DNA from: Eledone cirrhosa
Taxonomy: Eukaryota
DNA: 64,000 nt
Direction of reading: 5' to 3'
Assembly (NCBI GenBank): GCA_964016885.1
Contig: OZ024763.1
Coordinates: 21,390,001 to 21,454,000 of the forward strand
Of this stretch, positions 22,369 to 36,143 are shown piece after piece. Both the position numbers and the translations under genes were made by a program. The notes beneath the pieces were generated by a model, which saw only the letters and a list, made by a program, of their open reading frames with translations, had not been told where the DNA came from and did no database searches. Position 1 is the first letter of the stretch. Every line of letters starts with the position of its first letter.

Positions 22369-24907
22369 AAAGTCCCCTCAACCAGTAACAGATTTAAAGA
22401 TATTTTACTCAACGCCTACGACAGTAAAGAAGAACAGATAGAGACATTTAACGTAGAAGAGAACTGGGAGTTCCTAAAAAATAACTTACTAGAGGCGACG
22501 GATGAGGTTTGTGGCTGGAGTAAGACCTCAAGCAGGAGGAGAGTGACTTGGTGGTGGAACAATAAGGTAGATGAAGCAGTCAAGGCTAAGAGACAGGTAT
22601 GGAAAGAATGGAAGAACGGGGGGAGCAGGGTACATTACATAGAGACCAAGAGGGAAGCTAGGCGACAAGTATCCTTAGCTAGGAGGGAAGCAGAGGATAG
22701 AAAATTCAAGCATGTTTTACAACGTGAGGACCAGAAACAGGAGGTATTCAAGATTGCGAGGCAGTGTGTCAGAGATAGTTGTGATGTCATTGGAGAGAAG
22801 TGTATCCGGAATGATAAAGGTGAGCTTGCCCTCACAAGTGCTGAGAAGAAAGATGCATGGAAGAGTCATTATGATAGATTACTAAATGAGGAGAATGCAT
22901 GGGAAGAAGAGACCCTACCCCACGTAGACGCTATAGAGGGACCAGCAGTACAAGTCAGCGGCAGCGTAGTAAGTAAGGCAATCAGAGATATGAAGATAGG
23001 GAAGGCAACCGGTCCATCGGGTATAGCTGCCGAGATGCTGAAGGCATCTGGGTCTGTAGGTCACACTATAACCACACGTATCGTTAACCAGGTAATACTA
23101 GAGGGGGCCATACCAAAAGATTGGTGCAGTAGCATCATTGTCAACTGCTACAAAGGTAAAGGCGATGCACTAGATAGAGGAAACTATAGAGGTATAAAGT
23201 TGATGGACCAGGTCATGAAAGTAACAGAAAGAGTTATAGCACAGCTGATTAGGGACCGGGTGAATATAGACGAGATGCAATTTGGGTTTGTACCAGGGAA
23301 AGGCACCACTGATGCCCTCTTCCTTGTAAGGCAATTACAGGGAAAGTACCTAGCTAAAAGTAAGCCACTCTACTTGGCATTTGTCGACCTTGAGAAAGCC
23401 TTTGACAGAGTTCCACGTGCAGTAATCTGGTGGGCTCTTAGAAAACTAGGAGTAGATGAATGGCTTGTGAAAGCGGTACAAGCCATGTATAGGGGAGCAG
23501 TCAGCAAAGTTAGGATTGGCAATGAGTATAGCGAGGAATTTAGCGTACAGGTTGGGGTCCACCAGGGCTCTGTTCTTAGCCCTCTCCTGTTCATCATAGT
23601 CCTGCAGGCAATAACGGAGGAGTTTAAGACCGGATGCCCATGGGAACTCCTGTATGCTGATGACCTCGCACTCATAGCTGAATCTATGGTAGAACTAGAG
23701 AATAAATTCCAAACCTGGAAGCAGGGACTAGAGAGAAAGGGCCTCAAAGTCAACATGACAAAGACTAAGGTCCTTGTAAGTAGACGAGAAAACAGAACCC
23801 AGATCCCCTCAGGGAAATGGCCTTGCTCAGTATGTAGGAAAGGTGTAGGTAGGAACTCCATTCTCTGCCCCAAATGCAAACAATGGGTACACAAGAGATG
23901 TAGCGGGATCTCAGGAAGCTTAATTAAGAATGTAGGATTCACATGCAGCAGCTGTGCTGAAACAGCAAGCAAACAGCCACAGGAAACAAGTACCACCAAT
24001 CTCTGGAGGGCCCTGTAGAAACAGTAGACAGCTTCTGCTACCTAGGTGACCGAATTAGCAACGGAGGTGGGTGCTCAGAAAGTACAATAACTAGGGTAAG
24101 AACGGGATGGAAGAAGTTTAGGGAACTACTACCACTGCTAGCTGAAAAAGGCTTCTCCCTCAGAATGAAAGGCAGACTGTATGATGCGTGTATCCGAACA
24201 GCGATGTTGCATGGTAGTGAGACCTGGGCGCTGAAGGTGGAAGACTTACGTAGATTAGAGAGAAACGAAGCCTGCATGCTCCGATGGATGTGTAACAGTA
24301 ATATACGTGAACGACAAAGCATAAAGGAATTGAGAGAGAGACTGAGCATAAGAGGAATCAAATGCTGCGTGCAGGAGAGGCGGTTACGCTGGTATGGACA
24401 TGTGATGCGTATGAAGGATGACAGCTGCATAAAAAGGTGCAGAGCACTAGAAGTTGATGGAAACCGCGGAGTGGGGAGACCCAAGATGACTTGGGATGAG
24501 GTGATAAAAGCCGACCTTACCCAACTACACCTCTCAAAGTCAATGACACACGACCGTGACTTCTGGCGTCACACAGTAATACAGGGTACCCGACCTCCCA
24601 TGGGTACATGCTGAAGCATATAAACAATATGCCCCCCCCCCCCACCGCAAGGTGGCCGTGGAGGTGCCACGGCAAAAAAGCACCCAGCCCACACTGTAAA
24701 GTGGACGTGTAGGCGCCACGAAAAAGCACCCACTGTAAATGAGGTTGGTGTTAGGAAGGGCATCCAGCTGTAGAAATCAAGCCAGATCAGTTCCTGTATG
24801 AGCAAGGCATGGTCAGCCGACCAGACACTGCCCACAACAGGACAACCCGTCTAACCCATGCTAGCGTGGAAGAACGGACGTAAAACGGTGATGATGATGA
24901 TGATGAT
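22369..24907 (+). mobile_element. 5'-truncated copy of the RTE at 6171-9598
   Basis: Nearly identical from KVPSTSN onward; 1-nt deletion at ~24006 splits the ORF (22342-24018 and 24165-24614); same 3' UTR and (gat)n tail. Confidence 0.95.
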
Positions 24908-24980
24908 ACATTATGAAGAGAGAAGAAACATTTAGATATAATTAGTAATAAAATGTATCATACCTAAACTGCTCCTAGAT

Positions 24981-25070
24981 TCCTCGACTACGTAGTTTCG
25001 TGGCATAAACAAAAACAGTACATCATAAAGATATAGAGTCCTTGCGAGGTCTGCCGACTTATCAAGAGGA
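24981..25070 (-). ncRNA. Degenerate hammerhead ribozyme
   Basis: tcctc TTGATAA gtcggca...tgccac GAAA ct ACGT ag TC gagga; the core has two transitions relative to CTGATGA. Confidence 0.55.
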
Positions 25071-25481
25071 TACCTCATTTTACTAGCCTCAAGAACGCGT
25101 CTACACGACGTGAGAAAGAATCCCAAATGGCGGAGGGGGAGATAGTCACGCGATATAACGGTCGAGAAACAGAGCTAAGCCTCTTATAACCCCGAAGAAA
25201 ATACCACGGAGGCGGAGGGGGTATTTATATCGAAGCCGTAGAAGAGGTGGTGAAGGAGGCGAGAAGTATGAGTAATGGAAGCTTTCCAGCAGTCCCCACA
25301 CTTCAAAGATTGCTCGACCAGAGGGAGTTATTAACAATATATTTAGAAACACACAGATACATGCGGACACACATATATACATGAATGCATCCGCACCCAA
25401 CCGTGAGTTAAGGGTGCCAACTTCACCGATGTTGCTCAATGAATGACTGGGACAGACCAATCCGGTATGGCAAAGCCGGCC

Positions 25482-25514
<33 letters not shown>

Positions 25515-25894
25515 ACTAACTGAATAAATACAATAGATGATTGAACCTACCAATAGACAGACTAAAACAGTGGTACTGTCTAATCTCCGATGTCTAATGA
25601 CTAAGTACTAATGAGTACTATAGTAATATAGTAGTTTCTACTATAGCTATTGGTGGCTATAATGAACAGAAGTAATGTTAGTAGTATAAAGTGAAATCAA
25701 AACAGTAATAATGGTAGATCAATGAACAAGGAGTGAGGAGAGAAGAAGAATGAGATAAAGCCTTAAGCAATATCTTGCTTACTTTACAACATTTCTGTAT
25801 TATAAATAATTCTCTATTGTATCTTGTATCCTAAGGAATACATGTATTGTTTTCATATCTCTCTCTTGCTCTCTCACTCCCCCCCCCCCCACCA

Positions 25895-25966
<72 letters not shown>

Positions 25967-26084
25967 AGTATATATATATGTATGTATGTAAGTATATATA
26001 TATGTATGTATGTAAGTATATATTTATGTATGTATGTATGTATGTAAGTATATATTTATGTATGTATGTATGTAAGTATATATT

Positions 26085-26115
<31 letters not shown>

Positions 26116-26405
26116 GTATATATTTATGTATGTATGTATGTAAGTATATATTTATGTATGTATATATGTATGTATGTAAGTATATATTTATGTATGTATA
26201 TATGTATGTATGTAAGTATATATTTATGTATGTATATATTTATGTATGTATGTATATATTTATGTATATATTTATGTATGTATATATTTATGTATGTATG
26301 TATATATTTATGTATGTATGTATATATTTATGTATGTATATATTTATGTATGTATGTATATATTTATGTATGTATGTATGTAAGTATATATTTATGTAAG
26401 TATAT

Positions 26406-28984
26406 ATGAATGCTGCTCGTCTTAAGGATAAAAATGTGAAGAGGACATTGGAAGAAGAGATGCAGGCTGCAGATCTTGGTGAGGATTGGCCGACCCTTAA
26501 AAAGTTGGTTTATGATGTAGGCAGGCGTGTTCTGGGATTGGTGCAGAGAAAACATCAGGACTGGTTTAATGAGAATGATGTACATATAGAAGACTTGTTG
26601 GCTGATAAGAGGCGTGCTCTGTCACGCTACTTGACGGCAAAACCGCAGGAGAGGAATACGTTGCATGAGGAACTCAAGGATGTAAAATCACGTGTTAGGC
26701 GGAATCTTTCTCAGATGAAGGATCAGTGGTGGAGTGAGAAGGCTGGTGAGATACAAACTGCGTCAGATTCCAATAATACAAAGCTGTTGTACAGTCTCTT
26801 GCGTGAGGTTTATGGACCGTCTTCTTCTCTGGTGACACCGCTTTGCAGCAAGGATGGCAAAGAACTTCTTCGTGACTCACAAGGAATTCTACGAAGGTGG
26901 CGAGAGCACTTTGATGATCTTTTGAATCAGCCGTCTGTCGTCAGTGAAGATTTCCTCAATCTCATTCCAGAAAGTCCTGTGAAAGTAGCTCTCGCAGAAC
27001 CTCCGACGCTTGTGGAGGTTGCAGTGGCTATTTCGAAGCTGAACAGTGGAAGATCTCCAGGTATGGATGGCATACATGCTGAGCTCCTACAATATGGTGG
27101 TGAGAGACTCCTGCAACATCTTCACTCTTTGTTTGGCAGGATTTGGGCTAATGAATCCGTACCTGAGGACTGGAGAGATGCAGTAATGGTGGTCTTGTAC
27201 AAGGGAAAGGGTAACAGGAATGATTGTGGGAACTACAGAGGTATATCATTGCTTTCTGTCATAGGGAAAGTTTTATGTAGGGTTCTTCTGGACCGTCTGC
27301 TGACACACATTGCAGATTGTGTTCTTCCTGAAAGTCAATCTGGTTTTCGTGCTGGACGCGGCACTACTGATAAGATCTCAGCTAGACAGCTCCAGGAGAA
27401 GTGCATTGAACAAGGCTTGGATCTGTATCAGGTTTTTGTTGATCTGACAATAGCTTTAGATACTGTTAACAGAGATGCATTATGGAAGGTTCTCCAGAAA
27501 CTTGGTTGCCCTGATAAGTTCCTTGCTTTAGTTAGGTCTTTCCATGACGACATGAAGGCCTGGGTTAATGTCGGAGGTAACATGTCGGAGCCTATCTCAG
27601 TAAAAAATGGAGTGAAACAGGGGATATTCCAGCACCGACCCTGTTTGCCATATACTTTGCAATGGTTTTCTGTATTGCATTCAGGAATTGCGAGCATGGT
27701 GCTTACATCCGATATCGAACCTCAGGCAGCATATTTAACATTTAACATCAGGCGCTTTGCTGCAAAGACAAAAGTATTTACATCAATCATAAGAGACCTC
27801 TTGTATGCAGATGATTGCGATCTTGTAGCGCACACAGAGAGTGATATGCAGCACATTTTGAATGCATTTTCTGACGCTTGCTAGGATTGACTGTCAGTCT
27901 CAAGAAAACCGTCGTCATGTACCAACCTGCCCCTGGTAAGCAGTACACTGAACCAAATATCTATGTGTATGGTAAACGACTTGGAGTGGTTGATCAGTTT
28001 GTCTACCTGGGAAGCACTGTCAATCGATACAGAAACCTTGACAGTGAAATCTCACTTAGGATTAGGAAAGCAAGTGATGCTTTCAGAAAGCTAGAAAGGT
28101 GACTCTGGGGTCGGCGAGACATATGCAGGAGGACAAAGGTAAAGGTGTACAGGGCATGTGTGCTCTCTTGTCTTCTTTATGCCTGCGAGACTTGGGTCAC
28201 ATATCGACACCACCTTAAGCAATTGGAGCGTTTCCATCAGATGTGTCTAAGACGGATCCATGGCGTTCACTGGAGGGACCACATCAGTGATGTCAAGATT
28301 TTGGAAAGCTCTATGTGTGACAGTATAGAAGCTCTTGTGCTTAAGCAACGACTCCGTTAGAGTGGTCACCTTGCCAGGATGAAGGATTCTAGAATACCAA
28401 AACAACTCTTTTATGGAGAGTTGGTTAAAGGAAAACGACCGCCACATAAACCAAAAAAGAGGTATAAGGATTCCTTGATAGCCTCTCTGAAAGACGCTAA
28501 CATCTCTGCTGATACATGGGAAAATATTGCTGCTGATCGTAATAAATGGAGAAAGACTGTATATGAGGGAAAAGTTGCCTTTGAGGCATCTCGAAACGCA
28601 TACGAGAAAGTAAAGCGGGATGTGAGGAAGGGCATTGCTGTTGCACTTCCAGACGGCGAGGGTCCTCCTATGGTGCTGACATGCAGCGTCTGTGCGAGAC
28701 TCTGCCTAAGCAAAGCTGGACTCGAAAGTCATCTTCGCAGTCATAAAGTAAGACCAGTGGTTGACTACCAGGCTGCTGTTGGAGATGCTACTCATCATGC
28801 TTGCCAAACATGTGGTAGAGAATGTAAATCAGCAGGAGGGCTCAAGCGACATGCAAAAGTACACGAACTCCAACCACAGCCGACTATTCCCAGTGAATGT
28901 TTTGGTTGCCGACTCTGTGCAAGACATTTTAGATCATTGGCTGGGCTAAAAAGCCACAATCGATCGCAGCGCTGTTAGTTGCTA

Positions 28985-28990
<6 letters not shown>
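26406..28990 (+). mobile_element. Decayed 5'-truncated RTE (BovB-like) LINE with three C-terminal C2H2 fingers
   Basis: KHQDWFNEND, NYRGISLL, LPESQSGFR, LLYADD, FVYLGS, LLYACETW, RIPKQLFYGEL; several frameshifts and stops; CxxC..H..H repeats in 28379-28978; (GT)n tail. Confidence 0.9.
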
Positions 28991-29019
<29 letters not shown>

Positions 29020-29210
29020 GATATGTTTATGTGTGTGCGTGTATGTGTATATGTATATGTATATTATTATTGTTGTTGTCGTTATTATTATTGTTGTTAT
29101 TATTATTATTGTTATTAATATATGTGTGTGTGTATATATGTGTGTGTGTATGTTTGTATGTGTATGTATATATATGTATATGTATATATATATATGTATG
29201 TATATATTTA

Positions 29211-29255
<45 letters not shown>

Positions 29256-29260
29256 GTATA

Positions 29261-29327
<67 letters not shown>

Positions 29328-29436
29328 GTATATATATATATGTATATATATATATGTATATATATGTATATATATATATGTATATATATATACATATATA
29401 TATATGTATATATATATGTATATGTATATATATATG

Positions 29437-29483
<47 letters not shown>

Positions 29484-29510
29484 GTATATATATATATGTA
29501 TATATATATG

Positions 29511-29541
<31 letters not shown>

Positions 29542-29576
29542 GTATATATATGTATGTATGTGTATATATATATATG

Positions 29577-29608
<32 letters not shown>

Positions 29609-29613
29609 TGTAT

Positions 29614-29787
29614 GTAATAGGAGTAAGTAAGACCCCGACGGCTGAGCTCAATTCAGAATTAGCCGTCGAAACGGCTTGAGCTCAGCCGTCGGGGTCTTAC
29701 TTACTCCTATTACCCACTCTACTACCCTAAGTATTGAGTACTTTGGTGCGTTATGGTCCACCTGGTTCCTTACCACTTTTCCCTCGC
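29614..29787. mobile_element. Small palindrome (arms 29614-29651 / 29676-29713) with hammerhead 3' half and one-sided extension
   Basis: Perfect 38-bp arms; tagccgtc GAAA cggc TT gagctc at the junction; shares gagctcagccgtcggggtc with 31120-31148; lies within (TA)n. Confidence 0.7.
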
Positions 29788-29863
29788 TATATATGTATGT
29801 ATATATATATATATGTGTATATATATATATATATGTGTGTATATATATATATATATGTATATT

Positions 29864-29988
<125 letters not shown>

Positions 29989-30056
29989 GTGTATTTATAT
30001 ATACATTGCACGAGGAAAAAAAAATAATAATAAATAAATAAATAAATAAATAAATA

Positions 30057-30104
<48 letters not shown>

Positions 30105-30283
30105 ATAATATATATATATACATATATACACAGATATACATACATACAAACACATATATACACACACACATACAATAATAACAATAATAATAACAACAAT
30201 AATAATGACAACAACAATAATAATATACGTATAATAATATATATATATGTATCTCTCTCTCTCTATATATATATATATATGTA

Positions 30284-30370
<87 letters not shown>

Positions 30371-30692
30371 CTCTCTCTCTATATATATATATATTGTCCA
30401 CTGAATACACGTGCGTTTTTTTCCCCCAATTCTTTTCTCATTTTCCCCGTTCCTTTCTCTCATCACTCTTTACTTTCTATTTATCTTCTTTTTCTAACTC
30501 TATCTTGTGATGAAATGTTCCGAAATGTTAAGGACTCTCTTCCTGCTATTTCAAGCGTTAAACTAATATATTTATTCCATGTGCTGTGCCCATTTATTTT
30601 GTAAATTGTGTTATTACTTTTACATACATATGTGTGTGTGTGTTTGTGTCTATGTATACATACTTATATCTATCCATCTATCTTTACACACA

Positions 30693-30764
<72 letters not shown>

Positions 30765-30914
30765 GAGAAAGTTAATTTCACAATAACCAAACCATACTCT
30801 ATACACAACAACTCATCCTTTGGACTGTTTGCTTTATCAACTTTGGGTATAACTGATTTTAACATATATATATATATGTATATATATATGTATATATATA
30901 TATATATATATACA

Positions 30915-31290
30915 TATATACATACAGGTACACATACATATATGCACGCATCAGTTTAGCAGACGCTTATTATAACGCCCGCTTTGTTCGTTTGTAAACA
31001 AACTGAACAGCCTGAATTTATGCCGCACGGCATATATATAGGAAAAGAGAGTCAGGACCCCGACGGCTGAGCTCCGGCCATTTCGACAGCTAGATCTGAA
31101 CTGTTTGGATCTAGCTGTCGAAATGGCCGGAGCTCAGCCGTCGGGGTCCTGACTCTCTTTTCCTATATATATGCCGTGCGGCATAAATTCAGGCTGTTCA
31201 GTTTGTTTACAAACGAACAAAGCGGGCGTTATAATAAGCGTCCGCTAAACTGATGCGTGCATATATGTATGTGTACCTGTATGTATATAT
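30915..31290. mobile_element. Foldback palindrome (arms ~30915-31096 / 31108-31290)
   Basis: ~180-bp arms with one visible mismatch, 11-bp spacer; centre gacagctagatc..gatctagctgtc GAAA tggc cg gagctc; (TA)n flanks. Confidence 0.85.
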
Positions 31291-31292
31291 AT

Positions 31293-32673
31293 AGGAGTTC
31301 AAGACAGGCTGCCCATGGGAACTCCTATACGCAGACGACCTGACACTCATAGCGGAATCAATGGCCGAGCTAGAGAAGAAATTCCAAACATGGAAGCACG
31401 GCCTAGAGTCAAAAGGACTTAAAATTAACCTGGCTAAGACCAAAGTACTAGTTTGTAGGAAAGAAAACAAGGCGGCGGTCCCTTCTGGGAAATGGTCGTG
31501 CTCGGTGTGTAGGAAAGGCGTAGGTAGAAACTCCATTTTATGTCCTAAATGCAAAGTATGGGTGCATAAAAGATGTAGTGGGATCACAGGTAGGCTAACT
31601 AAGAACATAGATTTTACATGTGGCCGGTGCTCTGGTGCAATAAGTAGCAGCAAGTGCCCACAAACTACTAGCTCTTTCAATTGCGCAGAGGGTTCTATAG
31701 AAATAGTGGACAGCTTCCGTTACCTGGGCGATAAAATCAGCAGTGGGGGAGGGTGCTCTGAAAGTACTGTAGCTAGAGTCAGAACTGGTTGGAAAAAGTT
31801 CAGAGAGCTTATACCACTATTAGCTGCTAAAGGGTTCTCACTAAAAATGAAAGGCAGGTTGTACGATGCCTGCATACGAACAGCAATGCTGCATGGCAGT
31901 GAGACCTGGGCATTGTGTGCAGAGGATATACGCAGACTAGAGAGGAACGAAGCTTGCATGCTCCGCTGGATGTGTAACAGTAATATACGTGAACGGCAAA
32001 GCATAAACGAACTAAGGAATAAATTAGAGATAAGAGGGATCAGATGTTGTTTACTCGAGAGAAGGCTACGTTGGTATGGACACGTGATGCGCATGAAAGT
32101 CGATAGCTGTATAACAAAGTGCAGGGCAATAAAGATAGACGGTAGTCACGGAATAGGCAGACCTAGAAAAACCTGGGACGAGCTGATAAACTCCGACATC
32201 ACACACTTACACCTCTCCAAGACAATGTCACTGGACCGAGCCCTTTGGCGGTACTCAGTAACAGAGAAGACCCGCCTTACCTAAATATATAGTAAAACCT
32301 ACTCCAGCCAGTAGGCATCTCTAACAAATACACCCCGTCCCACCACCCCCACCCGATCCACACCACCCCGTTCTATGTAAAGTTATGTTGGTGCCGCGCC
32401 ATCGAGGCCGAAACAAATGAGATCGTGTAGGTGTCACGACAAAAAACACACAGTCCACGCTGTAATGTGGCCGTGTAGGCAACACGGTAAAAACCTCCCA
32501 GACCCACACTGTAAATGTGGTTGGTGTTAGGAAGGGCATCCAACTGTAGAAAACCTGCCAGACAGTCCTATGCGAGCAAGACAATCACTCTTGCCTCAAG
32601 TGGGACTACCCCCGTCCAAACCCATGCAAGCGTGGAACACGGACGTTAAACGTTGATGATGATGATGATGATG
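31293..32673 (+). mobile_element. 5'-truncated RTE LINE, diverged subfamily of the PHD-bearing element
   Basis: EFKTGCPWELLYADD onward, same Cys cluster, RRLRWYGH; 3' UTR with gttaggaagggcatcc and a (gat)n tail. Confidence 0.9.
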
Positions 32674-32830
32674 ATATATGTATATAAGTATGTATGTATA
32701 CGTACATACATATATGTATACGGACGTACAGTAGCATGCATATATATATATATATATATATATATACTTACATTTAAGTAAGTGCCGTACTAAGAGTGAG
32801 AAATGAAATTTCGTTTTCATTTTATTACAA

Positions 32831-32871
<41 letters not shown>

Positions 32872-33230
32872 GTGTGTATATGAATGATCATGAAGACAGG
32901 GTTTCACATTTCAATTAATCTATTCAATAAACTAACATTATGTGCATTTCTAGATATGTCTGTTGGTGGTTACATAATGTATTTTAGGCAAACATGCCTT
33001 CATCACACTGCTGGCTAAAGACAAATGAAGGAATTATATAATGTTGGTAAAAGAAATTGGCTGTTCAGGCCTGGAGAAGAGAAGGGCTCTGCCAGGGTTA
33101 AACTGTCCAAGAAATGTCATATGTCACTATGGTGCCACTGTGACTCCACCAGGAGTTACACCTCTATACATACTTTAGTACTGACTTGATCTATGACAGC
33201 CAGTCCAACCTAGCAGGGAAAATAGACATT

Positions 33231-33449
33231 TATCCTTTTAACATTTACATTACTCTATATTTACTACTGTATTTTCGTGGTAGAGGCTTTACCTCACATA
33301 TTCATCTCACATAATATCGACGCTATGACATTTTGATATCATTTATTTCGAGAACAATACGTTAATGTCAGTATGAGCAGCTGGTTACAGAAAGAGAGAG
33401 ATGAGAGATTTCTGGCCAGATATGGCCAGTTTAAATATTATAGGGTTGA
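33231..33449 (-). mobile_element. piggyBac-like MITE (family of 2095/62142)
   Basis: Degenerate termini ttatccttttaacatt...tatagggttga; internal homology to 62142-62365. Confidence 0.55.
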
Positions 33450-33791
33450 TAATACATATGTATAGTATGTATGGTTCTGTAACTCCTGAAGGAATTGTGG
33501 CACTCTATGGACCCATAACTTTTGAGGGAGTCATAGGGGCACTGTATTGACATACAGTGATTCTAGGGTATTTTTTAAAACCTGGCAGAGCCCCACCCCC
33601 CTCACCAAGTCTGAATGCAGCAGATCTTTTTTCAGAAAAGTATATAGAGGTTGAGAGAATGGAAGTGAGAAAGAGATATAGTGGAAGAATCGACGCCAGT
33701 ATTAGACTGGTACTTTTTTAATCGGGTCTTAAATGAATGAAAGGCAAAGTTGACCTTTGTGGAATTTTATGTATGTATATATATATATATA

Positions 33792-34068
33792 CAGAAGACC
33801 CGACTCCCCACGGGTACAAGCCGAAGCTGAAGCATATAGACAATATGCCCCCACACCCTCCCACTGTAAAGTGGACGTGTAGGCGCCACGGAAAAAAGCA
33901 CCCAGCACTCACTGTAAATGAGGTTGGTGTTAGGAAGGGCATCTAGCTGTAGAAATCAAGCCAGAATCAGTTCCTGTATGAGCAAGGCATGGTCAGCCGA
34001 CCAGACACTGCCCACAACAGGACAACCCATCTAACCCATGCTAGCATGGAAGAATGGACGTAAAACGG

Positions 34069-34098
<30 letters not shown>
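33792..34098 (+). mobile_element. RTE 3' UTR fragment (same family as 6171)
   Basis: Matches 24585-24907 including the (gat)n tail. Confidence 0.9.
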
Positions 34099-34099
<1 letters not shown>

Positions 34100-34222
34100 A
34101 TGTATATGTATGAAAACATCCCTATGATCTAGTCCACCAATCAAAACAATCCTTATTGACCAACATATGAACTTTTGACTTTATCACATAGCATGTATTC
34201 ATTTTCTACTAGCATTTTAAAG

Positions 34223-34307
34223 GGTCTGTCGAGCTGCTGATTACAGAGTCGGGTCAGATCGATACAGATCGAACCTTGAGCTGATCAGTGGTGAAACACG
34301 TGTCACC
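34223..34307 (+). ncRNA. Degenerate hammerhead ribozyme
   Basis: ggt CTGTCGA gctgctgatta...tgatcagtggt GAAA c ACGT g TC acc, then AATAAA; one core substitution. Confidence 0.6.
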
Positions 34308-34839
34308 TACCAATAAATGTAATGAAGGAGTAACCAATGGTCCTTGTTATCTTTTCACTATATATATAAATATATATGTAGATAGATCTACCAAAAGTTT
34401 ACGGTAGTGTCCAATCCGTATGAAGAACTCAATGTAATCCGGGTATCATGGAAAGAAGAGATGCAATGAAAAACTACTTTCGGTGAAAAATAAACGGAAA
34501 ACAGAGTCAAGATAAATTATTAACTTTCTATTGGTTAATTCTAAACCTCTTACCAAACAGACAGAATATATTAGATCTTCAATGAACAAATAAAATTATT
34601 TCTGAGGTCAGCATAAGACCTATTTCTTCCCTAAAATAATCCTTCATTCATAATATTCTTTTCCATCCAAAACTGAAATCTACCTTCCTCTACCCATAAT
34701 TTAAGGTTCTTCTACTACTATATTACTATCTTGACCCTCACTATCTCTCTATTGGTCAATTCAAAACCTGTTCCCAAACAGACCTATTGTATTGAATCTT
34801 TGTTTTTTTACAATAAACAAATATCATTATTTCTGAAGA

Positions 34840-35030
34840 CAGGGTGGTGGATTGGCAGTATCGGTAGAGGGTCGGACGCCATGCTTTCCAGCATAGTTAC
34901 GTCCCTTTACGATCTGAGTTCAAATCCCGCCGAGGTTGACTTTGCCTTTCATCCTTACGGGGTCGATAAAATAAAGTACCAGTAATGCACTGAGTAATTG
35001 CTGGCCTTGTGCCTAAAGTAGAAACAATTA
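34840..35030 (+). mobile_element. SINE family A
   Basis: Full-length match to the family consensus. Confidence 0.8.
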
Positions 35031-35294
35031 TTTCTGAAGACAGCATATATATGTGTAGGTATGTATATTCCCTCTGATAGTTTGTATAAATATTGTACAT
35101 AGATCTATAGAATATACATACCAATTCTAACACATATATATCCTAGAAACGATCGTAAAATAATGAACTTTTTTTGTTTAATATAAGGAACTGTTTCTTT
35201 GTTTATTCATTATTTTTTTAATAATTTAAATATATATATATATATATAGTGACGAAACATAAGTCAATTGCATGAACTCATAATCCTTTATTTA

Positions 35295-35348
35295 CTGCTA
35301 TATATATTTCGATGATAGCCATTGAATGGCTATGACCTCATCAGGCAG
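35295..35348 (-). ncRNA. Hammerhead ribozyme, intact core
   Basis: ctgc CTGATGA ggtcatagcca ttcaa tggctatcatc GAAA t ATAT a TA gcag, followed by AATAAA. Confidence 0.75.
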
Positions 35349-35412
35349 TTAGTCAGTTCTTAGATATGCCAGCTCTGTGTTTTTGGTGTTGATGGTATCA
35401 GAGCCTTGGGAC

Positions 35413-35443
<31 letters not shown>

Positions 35444-36143
35444 GATAATTGTACTGGGGGTATTTTATCATGGCAATAGACCTTAGGGAGGTTGTCATAT
35501 CCTTTGATAACAGCAAAAGAAAAACATTCTTGATGATAATGATGATGATGGTGTTGTTGTTGTTGTTGGTGGTGGTGGTGTTGGAGGGGGTGGTGGTGGT
35601 GAGGATGTTTTTGTTGAAAGCGGTGATAGCAGCAGCAGCGGCGGTGGTGGTAGTGGGAGGAGATGGGGGGGGGGGTTGTGGTGGTGGGGCTGTAGTGGTG
35701 GTGATGATGTTTTCTTCGACAGCGGTGTTAGCAGCAGCAGTGGTGGTAGTGGGAGGCGGTGGTGGGGGTGTAGTGGGGATGGTCGCCATCGTTGTGGCAG
35801 CATGGAGATGCTGATGACAGCAATGGCACACACATCTATCTATCTATATATGTGTACGTATATATATATATTTATATTTATGTATGTGTATATATATGTA
35901 TGAGTATAATTATATATATATATATATCCACATTTACATATGTATGTATGTATATATATATATATATATTTATGTATGTGTATATATATGTATGAGTATA
36001 ATTATATATATATATATATCCACATTTACATATGTATGTATGTATATATATATATATATATATTTATGTATGTGTATATATATGTGCGTGTATAATTATA
36101 TATATATATATCCACATTTACATATGTATGTATGTATGTATAT

